DNA of 64,000 nucleotides, from positions 3,088,927-3,152,926 of the forward strand of contig MU053513.1 of the NCBI GenBank assembly GCA_013239625.1. Direction: 5' to 3'. Shown piece after piece: positions 1 through 12,230 of this stretch. The position numbers were made by a program, and so were the translations under genes. Position 1 is the first letter of the stretch, and each line of letters starts with the position of its first letter. The notes below the pieces were generated by a model that saw nothing but the letters and a program-made list of their open reading frames with translations, had not been told where the DNA came from and ran no database searches. This DNA is from Lama guanicoe. Taxonomy: Eukaryota.

Positions 1-175
1 AGGGCTCAGCCACTTGCCAGCTTCATGATCTTGGGCACATTCTTAAACATCTCGATTTCCTTGTCCACAACATGTGGATATCGTTTCCACCCATTGTTAA
101 GGAGAATAAGTAAGCAACACAGGAGTGTGTAGTTTACACTGTAAAGCACTAGGTAAATATCAAGAGCCCTTATTA
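1..175 (+). mobile_element. MIR SINE fragment
   Basis: gccacttgccagcttcatgatcttgggcac...gatttccttgtccac resembles the MIR core (ccacttactagctgtgtgaccttgggcaag...tttcctcatctgtaaa). Confidence 0.6.
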
Positions 176-189
176 GATAATAGTAAAAA

Positions 190-290
190 CTGCTGGTTAC
201 CAGGTACTTACTGACAGGCACTGTGATAAGTGCTTTGTACATTATCTTGTTTAATCCTCATAAGCAATGTGACAGCTACTATTACCCCTG
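190..290 (-). mobile_element. MIR SINE 3' fragment
   Basis: caggcactgtgataagtgctttgtacattatcttgtttaatcctcataa is the reverse complement of the MIR 3' half. Confidence 0.65.
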
Positions 291-343
291 CACTAATTAA
301 GATACCTGTAAGCAAGAGGGGGCTGATTCTGCCCTGGCTTGAG

Positions 344-615
344 TTTTTTTTTTTAATTTTTTATTGAAGTATAGTTGATTTACAATGTTAGTTTCAGTGT
401 GCAGCAAAGTGAATCAGTTATACATATACACACATATATATTTTCTTTTCAGATTATTTCCCATTACAAGTCATTACATGAAGCTGAATATAGTTCCCTG
501 TGCTATACAGTAGGTCCCTGTTGTTTATGTATTTTATACATAATAGTGTGTATCTGTTAATCCCCAACCCCTAATTTATCCCTCCCCGCCATTTCCCCTT
601 TGGTAGTCATAGTTT
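344..615 (-). mobile_element. L1 3' end (cetartiodactyl-type), 5'-truncated
   Basis: Poly-T followed by ttattgaagtatagttgatttacaatgtt...tatagttccctgtgctatacagtagg, the reverse complement of the L1 3' UTR also seen at 40.3 and 52.6 kb. Confidence 0.9.
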
Positions 616-1254
616 GAAGTTTTAAAAAATAAAAAAAAAAAAAGGAGAAGGAGAAGAAGGGGAAAAAGAGAGTAATTTCTTTCTAAAGATACTGGAGTTG
701 CTCAAAGAGTAAATCAACCCTAAGCATCCAGCCCAGGCAGGCAGGGACCAGGGACCACCCGAGAAACTGCAGCAGCAGATGGTGGTGGACCTGCTCTCCA
801 GACTACACACAGGTACAGAAAGGTGCCTCCACACCAAGAGCTCCTGTCACTGCGTTTCAGGCTCCCAGGCTAGAGAAGTTGAGGCTTGACTCAATGAACT
901 GCTGTGGCCAGGGGGCCGAACCACACTGCACAGAAAGGGAACTGTTTAGAAAGCCAGCAGGACACCATTAAAGGAATCCACTGTGTTCGCATTTTACAAG
1001 TGAAGACTCTGACCTTAAAGCCCAGTTTGCCCAAGTGCCAGGGCTTATCATCCATGGAGCCAGGTGTCAATCAAAGTCTCTATATTAAAGCAAGAACTCT
1101 AAAACTACACACTATGCTGCCTATTTTCCAATAAAATGGGTCCAGGAAATGATCTCATAAGTATTTTCACCAAGTTGTTGAAAATAAGCAAGGATTTCTT
1201 CTTCATTACCCTCAGAAGCCATCTGCTGGGTGGCTGTAAGCCAGCCTTTGCAGC

Positions 1255-1385
1255 CACTGCCAAGACTTGCATCTTGCCTCCTCCACTTATTAGCTGTGTG
1301 ACTTTGAACAGGTCACAACATCTTTGTGCCTCTTAGTCGGTTACTATGAGGACTGAGTTAATATATGTAAAGGACTTAAAACCAT
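1255..1385 (+). mobile_element. MIR SINE, 5' part (3' tail resumes at about 4405-4450 after the L1)
   Basis: ccacttattagctgtgtgactttgaacagg...atatatgtaaaggacttaaaaccat; the tail gcctgcaatatagtaatgct follows the L1. Confidence 0.7.
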
Positions 1386-3286
1386 TCCAGAGCAAAAGAC
1401 CTAGAATAGCAAAAACAATACTGAAGAACAAAAAGATCAGAACACTCACACCAAGTGATTTCAAAACATTCAGTAAAGCAACAGTAGGCAAAATCGCATC
1501 GTACAGGTGAAAGAACAGACACATATCTCAGCGGAACAGAACAGAGAGCCCAGAAGCAGATCCACACAAATAGTCAGGTGACCTGTGACAAAGGAGCAAA
1601 GGAAATTCAATGGAGAAAGAATAGTCTTTTCAACTAATGGTGCTGGAACAACTGGATGTCCACATTGAAAAAAAAAAAGAGAGAGAGAGAGAAGCTAAAC
1701 AAAGGCTTTACAACTCTCATAAAAATTAACTTAAAATGAACCACAGACCTAAGTGTAAATGCAAAACTATACAACTTTCAGAAGACAGCAAAGGAGAAAA
1801 TCTAGGTTACCTTGGGTGTGGAGACTAGTTTTAAGAAGCAACACCGAAAGCATAATCTAGGTTTGACACTATTAACATTAAAAAATTCTGCTTTGCAAAA
1901 GACATTGTTAAAAGAATGGAAAGATAAGCTACAGAAGTTTGCAGATATTTGCAAACACATACCTGACAAAGGACTTGTGTCCAAAGAACCCATAAAACTC
2001 AACAATAAGAAAGTCTAATTATAAATGGACAAAAGATCTGAGCGGAGATTTCACCAAAGAAGATTTACAGATGGTAAATAAGCATATGAAAAGTGTTTCA
2101 CATCATTTGCCATTAGAAAAGTACAAAATAAAACAACCTACCTATTAGAATGGCTAAAATCCAAAAAATATTGACAATGCCAGTTGCTGGAAAGGAAAAA
2201 GAGCAACAGGAACTCTCATTCTTCATTGACAGGAATACAAAATAACACAAGCAATCTGGAAGACAGTTTTTCAATTTCCTACAAAGCTAAATATAGTCTC
2301 AGCATATAATCCAGCAATCACACTCCTAGGTATTTACCCAAATGACTTTAGAACTAAGTCCACACAAAAACCTGCAAGCAAATGTTATAGCAGTTTATTC
2401 ATAGTCACCAAAAGTTGAAAGCAACCAAGATGTCCTTAAACAGGTGAATTGGATAAACAAACTGGAGTATATCCATATAATGAAATACTATGAAAGGAAA
2501 TGAGCTATCAAGCTGTGAAAAGACATGAATAAATCTCAAATGCATATTGCTAAGTGAAAGAAGCCAATCAGAAAAGGCTATGCTCTATATTATTACAATT
2601 ATATAATACGACATTCTGGAAACAGCAAAACTATAGAGACAGTTAAAAAAAATCAGCAGACTGGGGCAAGGTTAACTAGGTGAATAAATGAAGCACAGAG
2701 AATTCACAGCGTGATGAAGCTATTCACTAGGACACTAATGGCTAATGGAAGTTACCGGCATTTGTCAAAACCCACTGAAATTTACAGCACAAAGAGTGAA
2801 TTTTAATATACGTAATTTTTTTAATCATGTAAAAGGTCAGAGAATCCCAAAATGAAATGCAGAATGTGACAAAACAATCTAACTATATTACAAACATATG
2901 AGACAACCTCACTGAAGAAATGGAAGAAAAAAAAATGTTGCTCCCTAAGTAACTTTGGAAATGAGGAGTTTATAAAACTAAAGGCAAAAGAAACTGTACA
3001 TAAGCAGCACTGTACTCTAGTGGATAAAGCTATTTTCCAGGGGGTCTGGTGAACAATTTCGATGCTGGTATACAAGCATACTGGAACTGAACAATTAAGT
3101 AAATGCCTGGCAGATGGTGGAAGCAAGTTTACCGCTGTTGGAGTAAGATCACAGGTCCCCAAGGTGGGGAGGCCAGAATGATCCACATGGTGATGGATTA
3201 GAGTTGGAGATGTTTGTATAAACCTGTGTTTAGTTTAACCAGATACAGATGGCTACATACATACATATATTAGTACATATATATAT

Positions 3287-3317
<31 letters not shown>

Positions 3318-4404
3318 TTCCCTGCCCTGTCCACTGACAGCAACCTTGTAGCAATAAGAACACTTAGTGCCCAGATCTTGGTTTTAATACCATCCTCCAA
3401 TAAAGGAAGCAGGGCTCCTTGGAGAAATCACTGATTCTAGGACTGGGGCAGGAGATGTATAAGATGAGCCTGGAGTATCTTGTGTCAGAAAGTAAGAGTG
3501 TACTCAAAACAACAACAATGTCACAGTGACAGAAGTACGTCAACGGGACACAAAGGCAACTGACAGAGCTCCCAGTGGCTAAAGCTGGAACAATCTGAAC
3601 GACAAAGTAAAGTAGTATTTTATTATAATCCAAAGTATAAAATAAATCTCCACACACCCACACCAATGTAAATGAACAACTGAATAAATAAGTACACAGC
3701 TGAGAAAAGAGGAATTTCCTGTGCAGGAGAACTGCAGAGAATTTGTGTCACTACTCTGCCCTCAAGAAGGTGAAGCCTAACCCCACTCCTATGTGTGAGC
3801 TGCACATAGTGACTTTCTTCCAAGAGCACAGTATGGATACAGGGATAGCAGCTTCACAGGGAAGAAACCTGTCAAACAGCACTTCTGCTAGGTGATAAAG
3901 GTCAGTGTCAACCACGACTTACCAGGATGTGATGGCAATGGCACTTTATCTCTGTGGTCTTCCTCTCAAAAATTCACAGCCCCATTCTAATCATGGAAAA
4001 CCTCAGACAGATTCCAAAAGAGGGACATTCCCCAAAACACCTGACCAGTGCTCCCCAAAACTGTCAAGGTCATCAAATGCAAGGTAGGTCTGAGAAACTG
4101 CCACACCAAGAGGATCTTAAGGAGACATGACCATTAATATAACGTATCCTGGATGGGCTGTTGGAACAGGAAGAGGACATTGGGTCAAAACATAAGGCAT
4201 CTGAATAACGTATGGTCTTTAGTTAATAACACTGTATCAACATTGGTTTACTAATTGTAACAAATGTGTTTACTAATGGAAGATGTTAATAATAGGGGAA
4301 ACTGGGTATAGGATATAAGGGAACTTTCTGTACTGTCTTCACAGTTTTCCTGTAAATCTAAAACTGTTTCTAAAACACAAAGTTTCTTCAAACAAACAAA
4401 AATG
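1386..4404 (+). mobile_element. Old L1 (L1MC/L1MD-like): decayed ORF2 C-terminus plus long 3' UTR
   Basis: ORF2 3' motifs (ttttcaactaatggtgctggaacaactgg, atccagcaatcacactcctaggtatttaccca, caaccaagatgtcc) and a 3' UTR motif (agggctccttggagaaatcactgattctagg), ending in an A-rich tail. Confidence 0.9.
3277..3316. repeat. (TA)n microsatellite
   Basis: Directly visible, one interruption. Confidence 0.95.
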
Positions 4405-5441
4405 AACCATGCCTGCAATATAGTAATGCTATATAATGATTAGCTAGTAATGATGGTGACAGTAGTAGTCATGGATCAGGGTGGGGGGTGGGGAATATTT
4501 GCTTGGTGAGTTTTTTATGCTCTTCCTGTGCAAATTTAGGTTCAAGGGCCCAGAAAATTAGCTGTCACTGTGCTGGTCACCAAGCAATGACCACTTCCAA
4601 AACCTGCACCCCCAACAGGAGTAGCACTGCCAGCAGCTCTACTGATTAACATCGGTGACTTTCTAGGGGGGAGGCACTCCCATGCCCACAAATAAAGGGC
4701 AGGTCACCTCACACATCCTCTAAGGCTGACAAATTTAAAAAAAGAAGGAAAAAAAGAAGAGATGTAAAGATTTCAATAACAAGATGCCTTGTAATCCGGA
4801 GGAACCTCTGAGCAAGGGTCAAGGCACTGATCCCACACAGTGGCTACCAGATGACCTAGAAACCCCAGAAGTCAGAATAGTGGTTTTGTTAAATGGTAGC
4901 ACTGCCTGATGCATTGAGTGAGTGAAATATGGCTTGTATTTCCTGTGCCTGAAGTCTTAAATCCTCTCTAAATGGAAAATCTCCTGTCAGGCTGACCCAC
5001 ACCAACCACAGGCACTCTTCAGCGCTCCCAAAATAAACAGGATCAACACAGAGGATGGAGTCCTCATCTGCCGCCTGACCTCAACACAGGCGTGCAGCAG
5101 CCACCTTTACACCGGGTATCTGGGCAAAGAAGAAGAGCAGACTGGATGTATAGCACTTCCAAAGGTGGATGCCGCCTCTGCAAGTATAAGAGAGCCCCAG
5201 GGTTCCAAACACATTTCATTAATGAAACACAAATAAGCAGGGACTGTGCTTAATTTACAACAGAAATCTCCGGGCACTAATCTTCCCCACGCCTGTCTAG
5301 GCTGGAGTGTTGTTACGTTTATAACATACCTTGAGAATGGAAGCTGAGACACAAAGTAGCATCTTAAATGCAGTCGCTTCTGGGGACTTCCACTGAGAAA
5401 CCACCAGTTTTTTCCGGGTACTATTGCTTTAAGAGTGAGGA

Positions 5442-5475
5442 GAGTGCCCTCCAGTGGCGAAGAAAGGGCCCTGCA
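5442..5475 (-). promoter_or_regulatory. Candidate CTCF site (core plus upstream motif)
   Basis: Minus strand reads TGCAGGGCCC-TTTCT-TCGCCACTGGAGGGCACTC, close to the core CCASYAGRKGGCRS with a TGCA-type upstream motif at 5-bp spacing. Confidence 0.65.
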
Positions 5476-6469
5476 TGCAGGGTGTAAACCTGTGCCTGAC
5501 TCCTCACTGCGCTAGCTGGTCACTGCAGGTTCCCTTCAGGTCCTTGACTCCTGCTCTCTGCTTCCTCCTTTTCATTATCTTGGTGATGTTCCAAGAGACG
5601 TGGCAGCCCCATATATAAGAAATTCCTGGAGGAAGTAAATATACCCACTTTCAGGTGAACTGGGCCAGGTTCAGCTTCACTTCTTTCCTGATTAGCATCT
5701 GCCTGGGCTTGTAGCTTATCCTCAACACTGAAAAGGCCACCCGACCATAGACAGCTGACATCTCCTCACCACTGACAGTGACCAAGCCAGCTTGTTACGC
5801 CCAGTAGGAAAGGTCTTAAAGAACATACCCAAGTGGGAAAAGTTGCCCATTTCCAAGGGGCCACACTTTGGACAAACACCAAAAGGGGGAATATTTCTTG
5901 ATTTTAAAAGATCTTTCTCTCGAAAACAGCAGCCCAGAGCACCATCCCAGGCAGAGGAAAATGAGACGTGAAGGGGCTCAGGTGGATGGCCTGATATAGG
6001 ATATGACTGTCCCCATCCAGTCACCTCATTAGAAGGCAAAAGTCAGTCACTCAAAGAAAGTCATATTTATTGTTTTAAACAAAATACAGTTTTTGTTCAA
6101 AAGTTGGCAGCATAGGAAAAGCTATACCAACAACAAAACAAAGGTTTGATTTTAGGGAATAAGAAGTGGACACCTTTGCCTGGACTTATTGCATGTTTTA
6201 TTGAAGTGAATGAGGAATACCCCCAGTTAAAAGCCCCTGCCCCAAATGGGTTTGTTAGCCAGATGCTACAGGCAGGTGAGGCCCTGAGCTGGGACCTCAT
6301 CTTGGGCCCTGGGTAGGTGACCCATCTCCCAGGGGCTCACAGTTACTCTCTAACCAGACCATAGGTATATAGGGACCCAAAGGAAGCAGCAGTGGAGCAC
6401 CTGGCTTAGTTGAAGTTATTCTGGCAGCAAAAAAGGGAAGGGCAGGGGAGGGAGCATTATGAGGCAACT

Positions 6470-6629
6470 TCATATAACATGCAAATAGGCAATAGCCACA
6501 CACAATAATTTCCATAATATTCAAAGGAATGCAAATTAAAGCAATGATGTCGGGGGAGGAGACAGCTTAAGTGGTAGAGTGCATGCTTAGCATGCACAAG
6601 GTCCTGGGTTCAATCCCCAGTACCTTCTC

Positions 6630-6660
<31 letters not shown>

Positions 6661-6970
6661 AAAACTTTTTAAAAAAGCAATGATGTTATATCATTTTCCA
6701 CCTATCAGATGGGCAAAATGAAAAAGAATGGACACATCCATTACTGAAGAAGATCTAAGGAAAGAGATATTCAGAAACCACTAGGAAAGCGGGTATAAAA
6801 ATAGTCTCCCCATTTCTGGAGACAAGACGCATCCAACACCTTAAAATGTGCTGACTTTCAGACCTAGCAATTCCCTTCTGGGAATTCTAAAGTAAGCCTT
6901 GAACAAGTTTCTCCAATATGAAGATCCCTTTTCCAAAAGTTTACAAATGACCACATAATAGGACTTAAAC
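6470..6970 (+). mobile_element. Old L1 ORF2-end fragment, interrupted by a SINE
   Basis: aaggaatgcaaattaaagcaatgatg...tcattttccacctatcagatgggcaaaa and gacctagcaattcccttctgggaat are L1 ORF2-terminal motifs. Confidence 0.7.
6551..6673 (+). mobile_element. tRNA-Ala-derived SINE (camelid Vic-1-like) with (TAAA)n tail
   Basis: gggggaggagacagcttaagtggtagagtgcatgcttagcatgcacaaggtcctgggttcaatcccc has A- and B-box-like motifs; 13-bp TSD aaagcaatgatgt at 6538-6550 and 6674-6686. Confidence 0.9.
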
Positions 6971-7904
6971 TTTTGGCTTCCAATAAATAAGAGAATGGAG
7001 ACATAATTCAACAACCAAATGCATCCAAGAATTAGGGAAAGTGTAGATGGAACCCCCAAACCTTTAAACCTTTTCTCTACTTTTCCATGGACATGGTCTT
7101 TGGCTAATCCCATGATTGAACACCTCTACCCAAAGCTTAGAATAATTTGTCATGTTTCTAGCTAGTCCCATGATTTTAGAGTCATACCCAGGCATTTGAT
7201 TTCCAATTTAAACATTTCCAATCTGCTGGGGGCTTTGTTTGCACCAGAGGCCACAGTCAGCATCCTCAGCACATGTTCTCCTTGGTGCAGGATGGTTACA
7301 GCCTCTGGCTCAGCCTGGGGAATCACACAGATGCTTCACTCTCAGTATTACCAAAGTCTTGTGGGCATTTCACAATTGAAGAGCAAACCCAGTCTCACCT
7401 AGCTCAATGTTTTTATAAACCATCCTGATCCTTTCATCCAGAGGAGCTCCACAAATGTGCGATACACAAGTCACGTGCCTCATTGCACCTGGTGGGACAT
7501 GTTTAGAAGCTGCTCGTCTGTGACAAACATTTCCTCTGCATCTTAAATAACACAGACAGTAATAAGCCATCATTAAGGCGATGGCTGTCGGGCTTTTCTA
7601 CAGTGGATCAGTCACATCCTTGGAAAAGCAAAAAAAAACTAGAAGCCCAAGTAAACACTTAAGACACAACAATGACAAAAAGACATGTATAATAAATGCC
7701 TTCAAAAATATGATCTTCCTGGGAGAATTTGTTTACACATTCAGCCATTTTCTTGCTCTTTTGCTGGCTCTCAGGATTCAATCCCTCTGACAATTTTTCA
7801 CTCAGAAAAAGACTAACAAATCCACAACAGGAAGAGAATATTGCTCCATTAATCAGAATCCATATGCCTCATAAATCATTACAAATTTAGATTTCTATCT
7901 TGAG

Positions 7905-8090
7905 TAGCCAAGTGGAAAGAGCACCAGAACCAGAGTCAGGAAACCTGGATTCGCCCGACCTTGAATCTCAAGAACTGGCTCTGTGACCTTGGAGCTCAGC
8001 TGCTTTGCTGAGTTTTGGATTCATTCTCTACACAGAAAATGTCTCAGCTTCTGTCTATGACCCTTCAGAAGGTGACTGTGGGATAACAGA
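7905..8090 (+). mobile_element. MIR SINE
   Basis: gtggaaagagcaccagaaccagagtcaggaaacctggattc...tgtgaccttgg matches the MIR 5' end and core. Confidence 0.7.
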
Positions 8091-8099
8091 TGTAGTCAA

Positions 8100-8418
8100 G
8101 CTGCCGGAGTTGCAACCACATTCCCATGGCCTTTATTCCTTCAGCCCCTGCAGCTCTTTGCCTGAGGGTCTCTGGCCAGCAGATCCTTCATGTCTCAGGT
8201 GGGATAACTCGGAGGTGCCTGTCCTACACAGAATTCCAGACTTTCCCAGCAGGACTGAATGCCAGTTGTCCACAGGGTTGGCTAGCTTGATAACACATCC
8301 CCTGCTGACATCCCTCCTCCCATCTCACTCCCCCTCCCCACCAGTGTTTTCTGGATCATCTCCCACATAACAACATGCCCTGGAATTCTTGTTTTCTGTG
8401 GGAACCCAAACTAGAGCA
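8100..8418 (+). mobile_element. LTR16-like solo LTR (ERVL)
   Basis: gggataactcggaggtg...ccagttgtccacag...tggatcatctccca...gggaacccaaactagagca resembles the LTR16 3' half. Confidence 0.7.
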
Positions 8419-10369
8419 GGGGGTTATGTGCCTTCCTATCAGGGTTTCAGTCTTTGCAAATGGACTGTCCTTAAATGTTCAATCCCTCCTCGTGATGCAG
8501 GAAGCAGGTAATTTTGTCCAGGGCTGACAAGAATGCAAACTTTCCAAAGTAACACAGTTTGGCCATGTATCTCCTCTCTAACAACTCAAGGCAGTTCTCA
8601 TGGTTCCTCCCAATAACTAGCAGTCCTCACCAAGGAGTCCCCATCAAAGGCAGAGGGAAATGATCTAAAGGCATTGAAACACAGGGCCACCGTCCCCCTG
8701 CCTGGGTTCCCTGCTCCCTCTCTGACGGGGGCTCCTGATGAGTTACTGAATGCTTAGAAAGGGGCTCAAATGCCAGAAGTGTCAGGTCGCAAAGCAGGCT
8801 GAATAAGAGTTGTGGCTGAAAATTCATGGGTCCAAGAGGTTGAAACATCAGGATTTCAGCCCAGAGTATAACAGTGCTGCAAAAGGCCCAGCTCCACTGA
8901 GACCCAGACAACCCCTGGCTTGGCAGAAACAGGCTCAGCGGCAGCCAAGATCTGCTGAAATAGTCACCTTTGGTTCCTAGCCTGCGATCCATTCAGGCCA
9001 CTGTGAGGCCATCACTGGGGAAATCTTTGCACCCAGTCTGAGGTGCTGTCAGCGTCCAGATGGGAACCAAGCAGCGAGTGTACACTGTTTACCCATCTCC
9101 GTCCTCGCGCATCTCGCAGTGTTTCACAGCGTCCCGCCATCACCCCACCACACACGTGCCGCACTCGCAGGGCAGCTGCTGGACCCTGTGGTTTGAGCAG
9201 CACTGCTTTCCATGGCAGGGTGGAGGAAACTGGCACTACCCACAGAACAGAAAATCTCAGATCACAAAGGGAAAGACATGATGAAGAGAGAATATGCTAA
9301 AACTTCAACAAGTTCCAGGACAGGGGATCTGAATGACCAAAGGGAAGCAAGGTGGAAAATGAGGAGGGGACAGAGACTACACAGACTGAGACAGGATGAA
9401 ACCTCCCACTCACCTGTTCACATCACCACAAGAAGCGTTAACCCGAGTCATCACTGCTGGCTTTACTTGACACCTTTAAAGAGGAGAGGAAGCAAGAACA
9501 AGAGAGAAAAGGTAAAAGAGGAAAGTTGAGGTCAGCTTGAAAGAGGTGTGCCTTTCACACCAAAGCACTCAATGCACAAGCCAGCCCACCAGGCAGTGAC
9601 TGGTAAAGATGCTCTTCAGGAAATGTAAAGAAACTCAAATTGGGACGGAAAATGTGATCTCTGGTGTGAGAAGATCTCAGAGATAATCTAGCCAAGAGTC
9701 CTCACCCTGCAGAGGAAAAAGACGACCCAGAAATGTGCAGAACTGTGTGCAGGAGTGAGGAGAAAACCCCGTTCTTCTAAGCAGAGCTCTTCCTAGCACC
9801 ACTGCCAGAGCGTAGACCTGGTCATCATCGCGCTCTGAGGAGGGAGGTCAAGCTTTCATCTCAAGGGCACAGTGAGCCGTGCTTGCCTGGAGAGCACTGC
9901 TGTGGTCCACTCTGCACAGCTGGAGACACAAGTGGGGCTCAGCTAACTGTAAGCCATTCATTCATAAAAGCACAAAATGAGATCCTTATTTAAGAATCTC
10001 ACCATGGCATCCAGGAAATGTCACCCAACATACAGAACAACTCCTAAAGGTCTTCCTTTGCTTACAGGTCTGTCTGTGGACTAACAGGAAATGCCACACT
10101 CCTGGGGAATAGACACCTTCCTACTGTCCTATAGAGAGTAATTTCATGCACAAGCCTCTCCTTTGAAATGCCCCAACAAGACAGAGTGAGACCAGCCACG
10201 ATCTGCGCCTCACTTTACTTAGCTGAATGGTTTGTGAAGGCAAAATTGTCTTTGAAACAAAAATGATTTGACTGTCATGTGTCAGGCACACACGGATGAA
10301 GAAGATTCAGGCCCGAGGACCCCAGCTGCCAGAGAGGCAGAGAGCATCACTTGCACTATCCTGGCCATT

Positions 10370-10580
10370 TAGAGAATGATTACCAGGTGCCACACACTGT
10401 GTCCAAATTTCACATGAATTATCTGATCTGATTCTTGCCACAATACTGTGAGGCAGGCGTTCTACCCCCATTTCACAGATGAAGAAACTAAGGCTTAGAA
10501 AAAGAAATTGATTGTGGTTACACAACTAGTACAGGAGCACCTGAGGATGAAAGTCTGCCTGGTGCCAAGCCTTTGCTATC
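10370..10580 (-). mobile_element. MIR SINE
   Basis: ccccatttcacagatgaagaaactaaggcttaga is the reverse-complement MIR core. Confidence 0.8.
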
Positions 10581-11694
10581 CTATGTCCCAAATAAATACA
10601 CAGTTTTATTCACTTGATTAATCCTCATCTTGGAACAGAACAAATTAAAGCTGGTGATATATGAATAAATGGAAAAGCTGTATTAGAAAAGGCCCGGGGG
10701 ATTAGAGAGCATTTATGAGAGAGAGAACAAGTTATGGGTTGGCTGCCACTGAGTCCCTGGGGACAGGCGATATTCTGTGGAAGAGAAAGAATGACACACT
10801 TTCCTGTGGCTCAGTGGAAAGCTGGTGTCAGCAGCCTTAAAACACGTGGGACCAAGTGCTGCCCAAGAAAATGTACTTTGCCAAAAAGAGTATTGCAATT
10901 TCCCAGCATTTGTTTTTACATCGTGTGAGAGTCTGAATTCTCTCTGAGGGAAGGGAGAGAAAACAAATAACAAAGAGAAAGAAATAAGGATATTGGAGGA
11001 AAAATTCAAACAATCTGCCCTAAAGTGGGAAAACTGTTTGCCCAAAAGGAGGGGGAAAGAATGAAATGTGCAAGTGAAACCCAAAAAGAAAAGAAACTGG
11101 TCAAGCCCCTCACCGCCCTCCGATCTCTCAGTCCTTGGACCGTTCTCTCCCACTGTGACAAGCAGCTGGAAGTTTCGCAACTCAAGCTCCGTAACATATC
11201 AGAGCAATGTCTTTTAAGAAAAAGGTAACTTTGGGGAATAGAATTCTCATGAACAGCCCGTTGAGGATGTCAGGCACTTGTGTCAGAGGCTCTAGCGAGG
11301 ACACAGAGGTACATGAGCACTGCTGCAGCTCACCTCGGGCAGCCCAAGATGCAAACGGGGCTCACTTCACCAGAAGCACAATGTTGGGTTTGTTCCCTTT
11401 ATTTATAAATGTACTGAGCATCGTCACAATTGCGTAAGAGGCAAATATGGATACTCCTTGATCCTTTTTCAATTTAAAAGTACCTTTACTAAAAGGCTGA
11501 ATGTATTTACTGAAAAGTCAGGTATGAACAACATTCTAAAAAGGGATCCTTAATATGAGGGAAGGGTCATGATTAGAAAAAACTTTGGGGAAGAAATGGT
11601 ACTTAGAGACTCCAAACGGAGTTAGAGAGATGATGTCAGATCAAGACGAAGCGCTAAAAGAAATGAGTGAGAACAAGGTAAGAGAGGAAAGTCA

Positions 11695-12230
11695 ACAGTT
11701 AGAAACATTTACTGAACACCTATGACTTGTTAGACACTAGTGTGGGTGCTTGAGGTACAACATGAACAAAACAAATATCCCAGTCTCACGGGATGAACAT
11801 TCTAGTTGAGGAAGACAGACAGTAAACAAAATAAGAAAGTGGTACAGCCTACTGGGAGATACAAGGACCAGAAAGAAAAACCAGGCACAAAGGAGGATAC
11901 TGACCGCTGGGAAGGGAAGAAGTGTGGTTGCCAATACATTGATCTAAGATCACAGAGGGTCCTGAGTATCACATTAAGGGGTCTGAATTTGATTTCACAG
12001 ACACTGGAGAAGCAAAGGAGTTTCTCTGAGAAAATGCTTGTAAAAGGCTTGGCAGTAAAATCAGTGATCAGTAAAGGTTAGCTGTTGGTGGTGGTGGTGA
12101 ATTTAGATGAATCTGAGAATACTAACCCTGCAGCAGCACATGAGATCATCAGACAGAGCTCAGGACACAGAGAGGCATGTGGGAGAGATAGTAAGGAAGA
12201 GACCAGGAAGTACATTTCACTCAACACTGG
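11695..12230 (-). mobile_element. L2 LINE 3' fragment
   Basis: aacatttactgaacacctatg...acaaaacaaatatcccagtctc...acattctagttgaggaagacagac is the reverse complement of the L2 3' end. Confidence 0.7.

Noticed and set aside
6551..6630. tRNA-Ala gene
   Set aside because: Imperfect acceptor and D stems, a (TAAA)n tail and a TSD identify it as a SINE.
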